Part shown: in pieces, positions 40,524 to 49,983 of the stretch
How the letters are laid out: every line of letters starts with the position of its first letter
Numbering within the stretch: the stretch's first letter is position 1
NCBI GenBank assembly: GCA_963814375.1
Contig: CAWFCQ010000002.1
Coordinates: 64,001 to 128,000, forward strand
From: an uncultured Chloroflexia bacterium
Lineage (GTDB): Bacteria; Chloroflexota; Limnocylindria; QHBO01
Length of the DNA stretch: 64,000 nt
Direction: 5' to 3'
The notes under the pieces: model-generated
Told to the model about the DNA's origin: nothing
The model's input: only the letters and a program-made list of their open reading frames with translations
Databases searched by the model: none
Made by a program: the position numbers and the translations under genes

Positions 40524-40949
40524 GTGGTCGCCCAGCAGCATCAGCCCCGCCGAGGTGTCGCACCGATCGTGTTCGTCGTCGACGACGACGCGTCGACGCT
40601 GGCGTTGCTGTGCGACGTGGCGGAGGCGGCCGGGTGGACTGCGCGCGGGTTCAGGCGCCTGCACGAGGTCCGCGCGCAGATCGGCGCCCATCCGCCCTCG
40701 CTCGTCATCGTCGACGACGAGCTGCCCGATGGGCGCGGAGGAGACCTCGCGCGTGATCTTCAGGATGACGGGCAGGCCAGCGTTCCCATCGTGGTGTGCA
40801 CGGCGGCGCATCCGCGGCGCCAGGCCGAGATCGGGGCCTGGGCACCGGTCATCTCCAAGCCATTCGACCTCGTGGACATCGAGCGGCTGCTTCTGTCGGT
40901 CGGTGACGGAGGAACTTCGGGAGCGGTGGGCACGCCGCGCGGCGGTTAG
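40524..40949 (+). CDS. Stand-alone response-regulator receiver domain
   Basis: VVDDD, IVDDELPDG, CTA, KPF; start uncertain. Confidence 0.78.
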   Translation: MVAQQHQPRRGVAPIVFVVDDDASTLALLCDVAEAAGWTARGFRRLHEVRAQIGAHPPSLVIVDDELPDGRGGDLARDLQDDGQASVPIVVCTAAHPRRQAEIGAWAPVISKPFDLVDIERLLLSVGDGGTSGAVGTPRGG

Positions 40950-40958
40950 GCTGAGGGC

Positions 40959-42158
40959 GTGCGTGCGCTCATCCTCACGAACGAGTATCCGCCCGAGATC
41001 TACGGTGGCGCGGGCGTCCATGTCGACGAGCTGACCAGGCACCTGCGCGAGCTGGTCGAGCTCGATATCCGGACCTTCGGCTCGCGGGCCGAGGCCGCAG
41101 ACGGCTGGCGTGTGCAGGGCTATCCGCCGGCCCACGACCTGGCGAGTGCCGAGGAGCCGCTGCGACCGATGCTATCGGCCCTGTCGCGGGACCTCGCGAT
41201 GGTCGCCGATCCGGTGAAGGCGGACGTCGTGCACGTGCACACGTGGTACACGCACCTGGCGGGGATGCTCGTCCGGCTCGCCTACGGCATCCCGCTCGTG
41301 CTGACCGTCCACTCGCTCGAGCCGCTCCGGCCATGGAAGCGCGAGCAGCTCGGCGGCGGCTACGAGGTCAGCAGCTGGGTCGAGCGCATCGCCATCGAAT
41401 CTGCCGATGCGGTCATCGCGGTCAGCGAGGGGACCCGCGCCGACGTGCTGCGCCACTTTGGGGCGCGCGAGGAGCGCGTCCACGTCATCCACAACGGGAT
41501 CGACCCGGACTTCTATCGGCCCGACGCCGCAACCGATGCGCTCGCGCGTCACGGCGTCGACCCGGCGGTACCCTACGTCCTCTTCGTCGGGCGGATCACG
41601 CGCCAGAAGGGGATCGTTCATCTCGTCCGCGCGATCAGCCACCTCGTTCCCGGCATCGGCGTCGTGCTCTGCGCCGGACAGCCCGACACGCCGGAGATCG
41701 CTCGCGAGATGGAGGACGGGGTGCGGGCAGCACAGGCCGAGCGCCCAAACGTGGTCTGGATTCCCGAGATGGTGAGCCGGGAGGATGCGCGCCAGCTGTA
41801 CTCGCACGCCGCCGTCTTCTGCTGCCCTTCGGTCTACGAGCCGTTCGGGATCATCAACCTCGAGGCTGCGGCCTGCGAGACGCCTGTGGTGGCGAGCGAC
41901 GTCGGCGGAATCCCCGAGGTGGTGGTGGACGGCGAGACCGGCCTGCTCGTCCCGGTCGAGCTCTCGCTCGAGGACCCCATGCGCCCGGTCGATGCCGACC
42001 GCTTCGAGCTCAACCTCGCCGGGGCCATCAACGCGCTGATGGCCGATGCGGCAACGCGGGAGGTCATGGGCCGTGCCGCGCGCCGGCGCGCGATCGAGCA
42101 GTTCGGCTGGCCCACCATCGCCCGTCAGACCGCCGCCCTCTACAGCACCCTGTTCTAG
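40959..42158 (+). CDS. glgA: GT4 glycosyltransferase, glycogen synthase/GlgM-like
   Basis: EYPPEIYGGAGVHV, HTWY, HSLEPLRPWKREQLGGGY, YEPFGIINLEA. Confidence 0.92.
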   Translation: MRALILTNEYPPEIYGGAGVHVDELTRHLRELVELDIRTFGSRAEAADGWRVQGYPPAHDLASAEEPLRPMLSALSRDLAMVADPVKADVVHVHTWYTHLAGMLVRLAYGIPLVLTVHSLEPLRPWKREQLGGGYEVSSWVERIAIESADAVIAVSEGTRADVLRHFGAREERVHVIHNGIDPDFYRPDAATDALARHGVDPAVPYVLFVGRITRQKGIVHLVRAISHLVPGIGVVLCAGQPDTPEIAREMEDGVRAAQAERPNVVWIPEMVSREDARQLYSHAAVFCCPSVYEPFGIINLEAAACETPVVASDVGGIPEVVVDGETGLLVPVELSLEDPMRPVDADRFELNLAGAINALMADAATREVMGRAARRRAIEQFGWPTIARQTAALYSTLF

Positions 42159-42800
42159 GCCGGCGAAACGCGAGCCATGAGGGCCAGCGTGTTGCCCTCG
42201 CCGTCCTCGAAGAAGGTCATCCATTCCTCGGTGCCGTCGTCGTGGGTGTGGATGATGTGCGGCGCCCCGCTGAAGTGGACTCCCTTCGCGACCAGCGACT
42301 CCTGGGCGGCATGGATGTCGTCGACTGAGGAAGTAGAGGACCGAGCTCGGGCGCCACTCGGACTCGTCCTTGCGGTGGAGGTAGAGGCGGGTCCCGTCGG
42401 CGTCGAAGAAGGCGAGATCCCCGAACGTGAAGAGATGCGGCAGGCCGAGGATCTCGCCGTAGAAGCGCCCGGCGCGCGCCGTGTCGCGGATCGAGAGCGA
42501 GACCTGGCCGATCGACCCGAGCCGGGTGGTGGTGGACGTCGTCATGCGATTCGTTCGTCTCCTGGCTGTGAGTGGGCTGGTGGCGGGGACGCCCGGCCAT
42601 CGGCGCAGCTGTCGCGCCCCGACGCCGAGCTTGTCGCCGATGTTGGCGAGGTGGTACTTCACGGCATCGACGCTCGTGCCGCGGCGCCGCGCGATCTCCG
42701 CGCGCCGCATGCCGTGCCGCACGAGATCGAGGACTTCCCACTCGGCCGGGGTCAGCACGTCCGGGTGCGGAGGCCGCCCCCGGCCGCGGCGCGTGGTCAT
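42155..42800 (-). CDS. LuxR-type HTH fused to VOC/glyoxalase domain (frameshift about 42329)
   Basis: LTPAEWEVL...EIARRRGTSVDAVKYHLANI, then IGQVSL..FY..LGL and, after the shift, VDDI...FFEDGEGNTLALM*. Confidence 0.78.
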
Positions 42801-42889
42801 ATGGACAGCGTACCCGGCGGCCAAGCGAATTTCCCTACCCGTCGATCGATACCCAGCGCCCGTACCCGGCACCCGGTAGCATGGCGGCC

Positions 42890-43699
42890 ATGGCCAGCTC
42901 GACCTCGGTCCCCGACGCCGCCCGCCCCAGCGACGTCGGCGCGCCGATCATCTCGGTCAGCGACCTCCGCAAGCGCTACGGGACGCTGACCGCGGTCGAC
43001 GGGGTGAGCTTCGAGGTGGCGGAGGGCGAGGTCTTCGGCATCCTCGGGCCGAACGGCGCCGGCAAGACGACGACGCTCGAGATGATCGAGGGCATGCGAC
43101 CGATCGACGAGGGGAGTGCGGTCATCGACGGGATCGACGTCGGCAGCCATCCGCGCGATGTGAAGCGGCGAATCGGCATCCAGCTCCAGGCATCGGCCTT
43201 CTTCGACGAGCTCACCCTGGTCGAGCTGCTCGATCTCTTCGGCCAGCTCTACGAGCGCGACGTCAACCCGATGCACCTGCTCGAGATGGTCGACCTGACC
43301 GAGAAGGCCAAGAGCCAGGTGCGGACGCTGTCCGGCGGCCAGAAGCAGCGCTTCAGCATCGCATCCGCGCTGGTCAACGAGCCGCGCGTGCTGTTCCTCG
43401 ACGAGCCGACCACCGGGCTCGACCCGCAGGCGCGCCGGCACATGTGGGGCCTCGTCCGGGCCATCCGCGAGCAGGGCCACACGGTCGTGATGACAACGCA
43501 CTACATGGAAGAGGCGGAGGAGCTGTGCGATCGGGTCGCGATCATGGATCGCGGCCGGATCATCGCCCTCGACGCGCCACGCAACCTCGTCGACCAGCTG
43601 ATCGGACGGGGATTCAGCAAGGAGCGCGTGGAGCGGCTCGCGAACCTGGAGGACGTGTTCATCGACCTCACCGGCCACGAGCTGCGGGAGGAGGACTGA
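42890..43699 (+). CDS. ABC transporter ATP-binding protein
   Basis: GPNGAGKTT, LSGGQKQR, LDEPTTGLDP, TTHYMEEA. Confidence 0.95.
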   Translation: MASSTSVPDAARPSDVGAPIISVSDLRKRYGTLTAVDGVSFEVAEGEVFGILGPNGAGKTTTLEMIEGMRPIDEGSAVIDGIDVGSHPRDVKRRIGIQLQASAFFDELTLVELLDLFGQLYERDVNPMHLLEMVDLTEKAKSQVRTLSGGQKQRFSIASALVNEPRVLFLDEPTTGLDPQARRHMWGLVRAIREQGHTVVMTTHYMEEAEELCDRVAIMDRGRIIALDAPRNLVDQLIGRGFSKERVERLANLEDVFIDLTGHELREED

Positions 43700-43702
43700 C
43701 CG

Positions 43703-44799
43703 ATGCGCCTCGGCGTCCTGTGGGCCCTCTTCGTCGCGAGCTTCAAGATGTTCATCCGCAACCGCGCGGCGGTCTTCTTCAGCCTCTTCCTGCCGCTCAT
43801 CATCATGCTGATCTTCGGGGTCCTGAACTTCGAGGGCGCGACCGAGCTCGATCTCGGCATCGCCGATGAGGCCGAGAACGCCGCCAGCGCCAACCTGATC
43901 GAGCGGCTCGGCGTGTACGACTACCTCATCATCACCACGGGCACCCGCGAGGCGGAGATGGCCGAGCTCGAGGATGGCGAGCGGGACTTCGTGCTCGTCA
44001 TCCCGGAGGGCTGGGAGGTGCCGCCGCCGGGCACGGAGTCCGGGCTCGTGGCGTACGGCAGCAACAACGATCCCGCCCAGGCTCAGGTCGCGCAGGGCCT
44101 CATCCAGCAGGCCGTGGCGCAGGCGATGTACGCGCCGGCGGTGGGGGCGGTGTGGCTGCAGCGTTCACGCCACCGGTGTCCTTCGAGTCGGTCGAGTCGC
44201 GCGACTACGGCTACATCGACTTCCTCGTCCCGGGCATCGTCGGCATGACGATCATGCAGCTCGGCCTCTTCGGGGTCGCCTTCGGCTTCGTCCAGCTCAA
44301 GCGCACCGGAGCGCTGCGGCGGCTCTTCGCGACGCCGACGTCGCCCTCCTACTTCCTCTCGGCGCAGGTCCTGTCGCGCCTCATCATCGGCGTCGCCCAG
44401 GTCGCCATCCTCTTCGCCATCGGCATCTGGTTCGGGCTCCAGATGTTCGGCGACTACTTCAGCCTGCTGGTGATCGTGCTGCTGGGGTCCGCCATCTTCC
44501 TGGCCATGGGCTTCGCGATCGCGGGCTGGGCCAAGAACGAGGACCAGGCGGCGCCGGTCGCGAACCTCATCAGCCTGCCGATGATGTTCCTCTCCGGTGT
44601 CTTCTTCCCGCGCGATGCGATGCCCGAATTCCTGGCGACGATCACCGCGTTCATGCCGCTCACCTACGTCATCGAGGCGCTGCGCGGCATCGTCAACGAT
44701 GGTGCGAATCTCGTCGAGCTCGGCACGCAGCTGCTCGGTATGGGGGTCTGGATGGCGATCAGCTTCGTCGTGGCCCTCCGTCTGTTCCGCTGGGAGTGA
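43703..44799 (+). CDS. ABC-2 permease (frameshift about 44130-44150)
   Basis: ORFs 43703-44248 and 44152-44799 are the two halves; YIDFLVPGI, FLSGVFFP. Confidence 0.88.
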
Positions 44800-45158
44800 T
44801 GCGGTCGGTCGACTGGATCCTGCGCGCCGAGTCTCTCGCCATCTTCGTGGTGGGCGTGCTCCTCTATCTTCAGCTCAACGGCAGCGCGCTCTGGCTCCTG
44901 CCGCTGCTGCTCGTGCCGGACGTCTCGATGGTCGGCTATCTCGGCAACCCGCGCCTCGGCGCCATCACCTACAACCTCGCGCATAACCTCGTGACGTCGC
45001 TGCTCCTGCTCGGCATCGGCTGGTTCGCGGCAATCGCGCCGCTGGCGCTGGCCGGTGCGGTCCTGCTCGCCCACGTCGGGATGGATCGAGTCCTGGGCTA
45101 CGGCCTCAAGCTGCCGACCGACTTCAAGGACACCCACCTCGGACGCATCGGCCGATAA
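44799..45158 (+). CDS. DUF4260-like membrane protein
   Basis: LRAE, PDVSMVGYL, YNLAH, HVGMDR..GYGLK...FKDTHLG. Confidence 0.88.
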   Translation: MRSVDWILRAESLAIFVVGVLLYLQLNGSALWLLPLLLVPDVSMVGYLGNPRLGAITYNLAHNLVTSLLLLGIGWFAAIAPLALAGAVLLAHVGMDRVLGYGLKLPTDFKDTHLGRIGR

Positions 45159-45165
45159 TGGGCCG

Positions 45166-46566
45166 ATGCACTCCCATCCGGCTCCGATCAGCCGCCGGAG
45201 GCTTCTGCAGCTGGGAGCTGCCGCGTCGGCCGCGGGCCTGGCGGCGTGCACCACGCCGATCCCGTCGCTGACGCTCGGACCGTCGCCGAGCTCGACCGCA
45301 CTCCCATCACCGACGCCATCGCCGACTCCGAGCCCCACGCCGGCCCCGACGCCGCGACCTTCGGCCGCGCCGCGCAGCGGCCGCGTTCTCTACCGCGACG
45401 GCGCGCTCGCCGATGGACGGGCCGATGCGCTTCAGCGGAACGTGAGCATCCTCGTCGTCGACGGTGCGATCGCGTGGATCCGGCCCACCGGCGGCGAGGA
45501 GGATCCCGGAGACGCGGCCGTGATCGACTGCGCCGGAGCGACCTTCGTCCCCGGCATGGTCGACTGCCACAGCCACGTCACCGGTCCCGGAGGCGCGAAC
45601 TGGATCGAGCGCTTCAACGACGCGCCCGAGACGCTCGCCGCGGTGGCCGAGCACAACGGCCGGCTGGGCCTCGCCGCCGGCGTGCGCTGGATGCGGGATG
45701 TCGGCTCGCCGATCGCCGTCGATCCGGAGGACGGCCGCGAGCGGGCGCTCGCCCTCGGCGTTCGGGACCGATGGGTGGGTCGCAACGACCGTCCCTACCT
45801 GCGAGCCGCCGGCTCGTGGATCTTCAAGACCGGCGTGGCGCCCCTGAACGGGGCAATCGAGGCCGCAAACGCCGATGAGCTGCTGGGCGCCGCCATCGGC
45901 CAGCTCGACGCCGGCGCCGATCTCGTGAAGATCTACATGGACGGGCCGGACGCGAACGTCTCGCCCTGGACCGCAAACGAGGTCGGCCGGGTCACTGCGG
46001 CGGTCCACGAGCGGGGCGCCCGCGTGGCGGCCCACTCCGGACGGCTGAACGGCGCGCGCGAAGCCGTGCTCGGTGGCGTCGACTCGATCGAGCATGGGTT
46101 CGAGCTGGACGCGGGGGTCGCCGCCGAGATGGCGGCGCGTGGCACGACCCTCGTGAGCACGCTCGCCGTGCAGCGCTCGTGGCTGACGTTCGGCGACACC
46201 ACGACGATGGAGCGCTTCGCCGGGGCCGCTGGCAGATCGGCCATCCAGGCACGGCTCGAGCAGGGAGAGGCGTCGGTGCGCGCCGCCCGGGACGCGGGGG
46301 TGCCGATCGCCACCGGCACCGACTTCGGCGGGGGCTCGCTGCGCGCCAACCAGCTGGCGTGGGAGGTCACCAGCCTCGTCGCCGCCGGCCTCGCCCCGGT
46401 CGCCGCGCTGGCGGCCGCCACGTGGAGGGGTGGCGCCCTCATCGGCGAGGAGGAGGCGGGCGTGATCCGCGAGGGCGGCCCGGCCGACTTCTTCCTCGTC
46501 CACGGCGACCCGCTCTCCGAGCCGGAGGCACTGTGGCGCGTCTGGCGCGCCGCCTGGGAGGACTGA
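45166..46566 (+). CDS. Tat-exported lipoprotein amidohydrolase
   Basis: SRRRLL...LAAC, Pro/Thr linker, DCHSH, VKIY, AH, IEHG, GTD. Confidence 0.85.
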   Translation: MHSHPAPISRRRLLQLGAAASAAGLAACTTPIPSLTLGPSPSSTALPSPTPSPTPSPTPAPTPRPSAAPRSGRVLYRDGALADGRADALQRNVSILVVDGAIAWIRPTGGEEDPGDAAVIDCAGATFVPGMVDCHSHVTGPGGANWIERFNDAPETLAAVAEHNGRLGLAAGVRWMRDVGSPIAVDPEDGRERALALGVRDRWVGRNDRPYLRAAGSWIFKTGVAPLNGAIEAANADELLGAAIGQLDAGADLVKIYMDGPDANVSPWTANEVGRVTAAVHERGARVAAHSGRLNGAREAVLGGVDSIEHGFELDAGVAAEMAARGTTLVSTLAVQRSWLTFGDTTTMERFAGAAGRSAIQARLEQGEASVRAARDAGVPIATGTDFGGGSLRANQLAWEVTSLVAAGLAPVAALAAATWRGGALIGEEEAGVIREGGPADFFLVHGDPLSEPEALWRVWRAAWED

Positions 46567-46585
46567 GGGCGCGCCGGCAGGCGAT

Positions 46586-46879
46586 TCAGGCGGACGTCGG
46601 CCCGTCGTCGGTGCCGGGCTCGACCTCTCGCTCGACCACGAGCGTGCAGCGCGTCGCCACGGCTGCCAGCGCGCCGATGGCGGCCAGCACCGGAAGCAGC
46701 GCGGCGCCGATCAGGCCCAACGTCAGCGGCACCTCGAGCATCGTGCGGCCATCCTCGTTCTTGATGATGATCCGCCGGATGTTGCCCTCGTGGATCAGCT
46801 CCTTGACCTTGTGGAGGACCTCGTCGCCGTCGAGCGTGAACTCCTGGGTGCGTGACGCCCCAGATGGATCCTGGTTCAT
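46586..46879 (-). CDS. DUF4342-like protein
   Basis: KVKELIHEGNIRRIIIK...LEVPLT.G...CTLVVER. Confidence 0.88.
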   Translation of the reverse strand: MNQDPSGASRTQEFTLDGDEVLHKVKELIHEGNIRRIIIKNEDGRTMLEVPLTLGLIGAALLPVLAAIGALAAVATRCTLVVEREVEPGTDDGPTSA

Positions 46880-46883
46880 CGGT

Positions 46884-47093
46884 TCAGGCTACACAGAAGG
46901 AGTGATCGCGGTCATTCGACGCGTCGTCGAGGAGGTGGCACGCGAGGCACTCGCCAAGGGTCGCGGCCCCGGAAGCCCGGATTGGGCAGGCCGCGATCCC
47001 CTCACGCACCTCGCGCAGCAGGCCGCGGCATACCACCCACACTTCATCCGGCTCGCCAGGCTCGGACAAGAGCGGGACGTCGGGCCCGATCAC
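46884..47093 (-). CDS. Small Cys-rich protein
   Basis: GTGA-coupled, 5 Cys including CLACH. Confidence 0.55.
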   Translation of the reverse strand: MIGPDVPLLSEPGEPDEVWVVCRGLLREVREGIAACPIRASGAATLGECLACHLLDDASNDRDHSFCVA

Positions 47094-47482
47094 GGTGCCA
47101 CCTCGGCTGCGTCGGCATCGGCCTTCGTGTCGTGCACCGTTCCCGGCGCATGCTCGGGTGGCGCGTACACCGTGATGAGCCGCAGCGGCTCGTCACCGAT
47201 GTTGACGAAGTTGTGCCGGGTGCCCGCTCGGACGAAGACGAGCTCCTTGGGACCGACCTCGAACGCATCGGCGTCGAGGCGCGCTTCGCACCTGCCGTCC
47301 ACGAAGAGGAGGACCTGGTCCGTGTCGGGGTGGACCTCCTCGCCGATCTCGGCACCGGGCGGGATGGTCATGACGACGACCTGCTCACGATCGCCAGTCG
47401 TGACCTCGCGCCGGAAGGCGTCGTTCTCGCGGGCAGCCCGGAACACGTCCAGGCTGTCGGGTCGCTGTCGGGCGCCCATCAT
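47090..47482 (-). CDS. Cupin-domain protein
   Basis: IGEEVHPDTDQ, GTRHNFVN, TVYAPPEH. Confidence 0.92.
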   Translation of the reverse strand: MMGARQRPDSLDVFRAARENDAFRREVTTGDREQVVVMTIPPGAEIGEEVHPDTDQVLLFVDGRCEARLDADAFEVGPKELVFVRAGTRHNFVNIGDEPLRLITVYAPPEHAPGTVHDTKADADAAEVAP

Positions 47483-47761
47483 TCAGGCTCCGATCGTCAC
47501 GTGCGCGCCAACGCCGCCGGTCAGCCGCCGCACCTCGGCGACGACGTCGACGACGGTAGGGTCGAGCACGATGTTGGCGCCCACCGCCTTCGCACTCGCG
47601 GCCCGGATGATGTCGCTCTCGACGGCGATCACCCTGGCCGCACCGGCCTGCTTCGCTCCTGCGATCGCCGAGAGGCCGCCGGGTCCCTGATCCAGGACGA
47701 CGACGGTGTCGCCGGCACGAACCCGACCGCGTTCCGCGATGGGGGCCTGTCGACTGGTCAC
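47483..47761 (-). pseudogene. Zn-dependent alcohol dehydrogenase fragment (Rossmann part only)
   Basis: GDTVVV..QGPGGLSAIAGAK..GA.RVIAV...VRRLTGG; no catalytic domain; coupled at both ends. Confidence 0.6.
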
Positions 47762-48189
47762 GATGCGGCCCCCGTCTCGGCGGCCAGCGCAACGAAGTCC
47801 ATCGACGAAATGACGCCAATCGGACGGCCATGCTCGTCGACGACGACGAGCCGATGGAGGCGCTCCGCATGCATGCGCGAGGCGGCCTCGCGCACCGTCG
47901 CGAGGCTCGAAATCGTCACGGGAGGCACGCTCATCACCTCGCCCACTCGGATCCCTGACTCGCGGTGCCTGATGAGCGACTGGATGCTGGGCAGCGCCAG
48001 GTAAAGGAGATCGGTCTGGCTGATCACCCCGACGAGCCGACCGCCGAGGTCGACGACGGGCAGCCCGGTCACACGATTGATGCGCAGCAGCTCCTCGGCA
48101 TGCTCGAGTGGCGCTTCGACCGAGACGGTCACCGGATCGATCGTCATCAGCTCGGCGACCCTCATCTCGGTGGTGGTAGTAGTCAACAT
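47758..48189 (-). CDS. CBS-pair protein
   Basis: Two CBS repeats (LPVVD..GRLVGVIS; LVVVD..GRPIGVIS); GAGGAGG RBS. Confidence 0.93.
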   Translation of the reverse strand: MLTTTTTEMRVAELMTIDPVTVSVEAPLEHAEELLRINRVTGLPVVDLGGRLVGVISQTDLLYLALPSIQSLIRHRESGIRVGEVMSVPPVTISSLATVREAASRMHAERLHRLVVVDEHGRPIGVISSMDFVALAAETGAAS

Positions 48190-48272
48190 TCGAGATCCTC
48201 CTCAGGCTGTCCCTTCAGATCACAGTGCCCTTCCGTCGATGACGAGGCGACTGCCGTCCGGCCCGAATGGGC

Positions 48273-48406
48273 GGGCCGAATGGCCCGCGCATCTGGGTGG
48301 GCCGGACCCCGATCGGTCGGACCGTACGTCCAGTGCTGACGACGTGGCGTGCCGCCCTACCGACTGGGCGTGACGGATGGCCCGCCCCTCATGGGTCACT
48401 CGGCCC
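48273..48406. promoter_or_regulatory. DosR-box-like sites in the CBS / oxidase divergent promoter
   Basis: GGGCC-GAAT-GGCCC (48273), GTGAC-GGAT-GGCCC (48370), GGGTC-ACTC-GGCCC (48393). Confidence 0.6.
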
Positions 48407-48490
48407 TCCCCGGACGAGCCGGCACCCACCACCGTGGCCCGAGGCCGCCACAATGCCGGAGCGATATCCGCACGCACTCGGAGCCAATCG

Positions 48491-49837
48491 ATGAAGCGCA
48501 CACTTCTCTACTTCGCCGCATTCACCGGAATGGCGACCGTCTTCGGCGCCACCCTGCTCGTCATCGCTCTCGTGCTGGGCGAGACGGGCGAGGGCGGCAC
48601 CGGCACCGCGCCATCCGATGAAGCGTCGCCCTCGGCGCCGGCCGCAGGCGGAGCTGTCCACGCGTTCACCATCACCGCCTTCGACCTCGGCTTCGAGCCG
48701 GCGATGGTCCACGTGCCCGAGGCGGGCACCTACGCCGTCACCTTCGTCAACGACGGCGGCACGCTGCACGACGTGACGTTCGCGGATGGGACGAAGATCT
48801 CGGCCGACGGCCACGCGAGCAATACAGGCGAGGTCGACATCCCAGCCGAGGGGATCAGCTTCATCTGCTCGGTCCCCGGCCACGCGGACGCGGGCATGAC
48901 CGGCGACGTGATGGTCGAGGCCGTCGCGGGCTCCGGCGCGCCCGAGCCATCGCCCGGCGAGACGATGACGGCCGAGGAGATGCGCGACATCGATGCGGCG
49001 GTCACGGCGCAGTTCCCGGCGGAGACCGAGGGCGAGGGCAACGAACTCCTCGAGCCGGAGATCCAGGCCGACGGCACGCTGCAGTGGGAGCTGACCGCAT
49101 CGGTCATCGAATGGGAGACCGAGCCGGGCACGATCGTCGAGGCCTACGCCTACAACGGGATGGTGCCCGGACCGCAGCTGCGCGCGGAGGTGGGGGACCG
49201 GATCCGCATCATCCTCCACAACGAGCTGCCGGTTCCGACCACCATCCACTCACACGGGCTGTTCGTGCCGCCCGACATGGATGGCGTGCCGGTCATCAGC
49301 CAGCCGGCCGTCATGCCCGGTGAGACGTTCACGTACGAGTACACGCTGCGAAATGCCGGTTCGCACATGTACCACAGCCACTTCCATGCGGAGGAGCAGG
49401 TGCCGATGGGTCTGCTCGGCGCATTCGTGGTCACCGATCCCGACGCCGACAATCCGGCGGTCGACCAGGACATCGCCATGATCCTCAACGACGGCCCGCT
49501 GGGCTTCACGATCAACGGCAAGGGTTTCCCCGCCACCGCGCCGCTCGTCGCGGGCCAGGGAGAGACGATCCGCATTCGGTACATGAACGAGGGGCTCCAG
49601 ATCCACCCGATGCACCTGCACGGGATTCCCCAGCTCGTCATCGCCAAGGACGGATGGACCCTCCCGACGCCGCACTACGAGGACACCGTGCTCGTGGCAC
49701 CCGGCGAGCGCGTCGACGTCCTCGTGGAGGCCACCGAGGTCGGCACCTGGGCCTACCACTGCCACGTCCTGACCCACGCCGAGGGCCCGGAGGGCATGTT
49801 CGGCATGGTCACCGCCCTGATCGTGGAGGAGCAGTAG
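48491..49837 (+). CDS. Membrane-anchored cupredoxin plus two-domain multicopper oxidase
   Basis: N-terminal TM; H...CSVPGHADAGM; HSHG, MYHSH, HPMHLHG, HCHVLTH...M. Confidence 0.9.
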   Translation: MKRTLLYFAAFTGMATVFGATLLVIALVLGETGEGGTGTAPSDEASPSAPAAGGAVHAFTITAFDLGFEPAMVHVPEAGTYAVTFVNDGGTLHDVTFADGTKISADGHASNTGEVDIPAEGISFICSVPGHADAGMTGDVMVEAVAGSGAPEPSPGETMTAEEMRDIDAAVTAQFPAETEGEGNELLEPEIQADGTLQWELTASVIEWETEPGTIVEAYAYNGMVPGPQLRAEVGDRIRIILHNELPVPTTIHSHGLFVPPDMDGVPVISQPAVMPGETFTYEYTLRNAGSHMYHSHFHAEEQVPMGLLGAFVVTDPDADNPAVDQDIAMILNDGPLGFTINGKGFPATAPLVAGQGETIRIRYMNEGLQIHPMHLHGIPQLVIAKDGWTLPTPHYEDTVLVAPGERVDVLVEATEVGTWAYHCHVLTHAEGPEGMFGMVTALIVEEQ

Positions 49838-49889
49838 CGGCCCGCCGAGGGATGGCGGTTCCCGGCGCCCGGCCGCTCGCGCACGACGA

Positions 49890-49942
49890 AGGAGCCTGCC
49901 CTCCGACGAGCCACCGGTGGTCGTCGGTAGGGACAGGCTCCT
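49890..49942. terminator. Long hairpin between convergent genes
   Basis: AGGAGCCTG-CCCT-CCGACGA...TCGTCGG-AGGG-CAGGCTCCT inverted repeat. Confidence 0.7.
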
Positions 49943-49983
49943 CGCGCTGTCCGCAGTGTGGGGAGCTCACGCTCCCGCGGGCT

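Noticed and set aside
41172-42872. 566-aa minus-strand ORF overlapping glgA
   Set aside because: Frameshift read-through of the HTH-VOC gene into the antisense of glgA
45270-45360. Tandem DNA repeat
   Set aside because: Encodes a Pro/Ser/Thr linker
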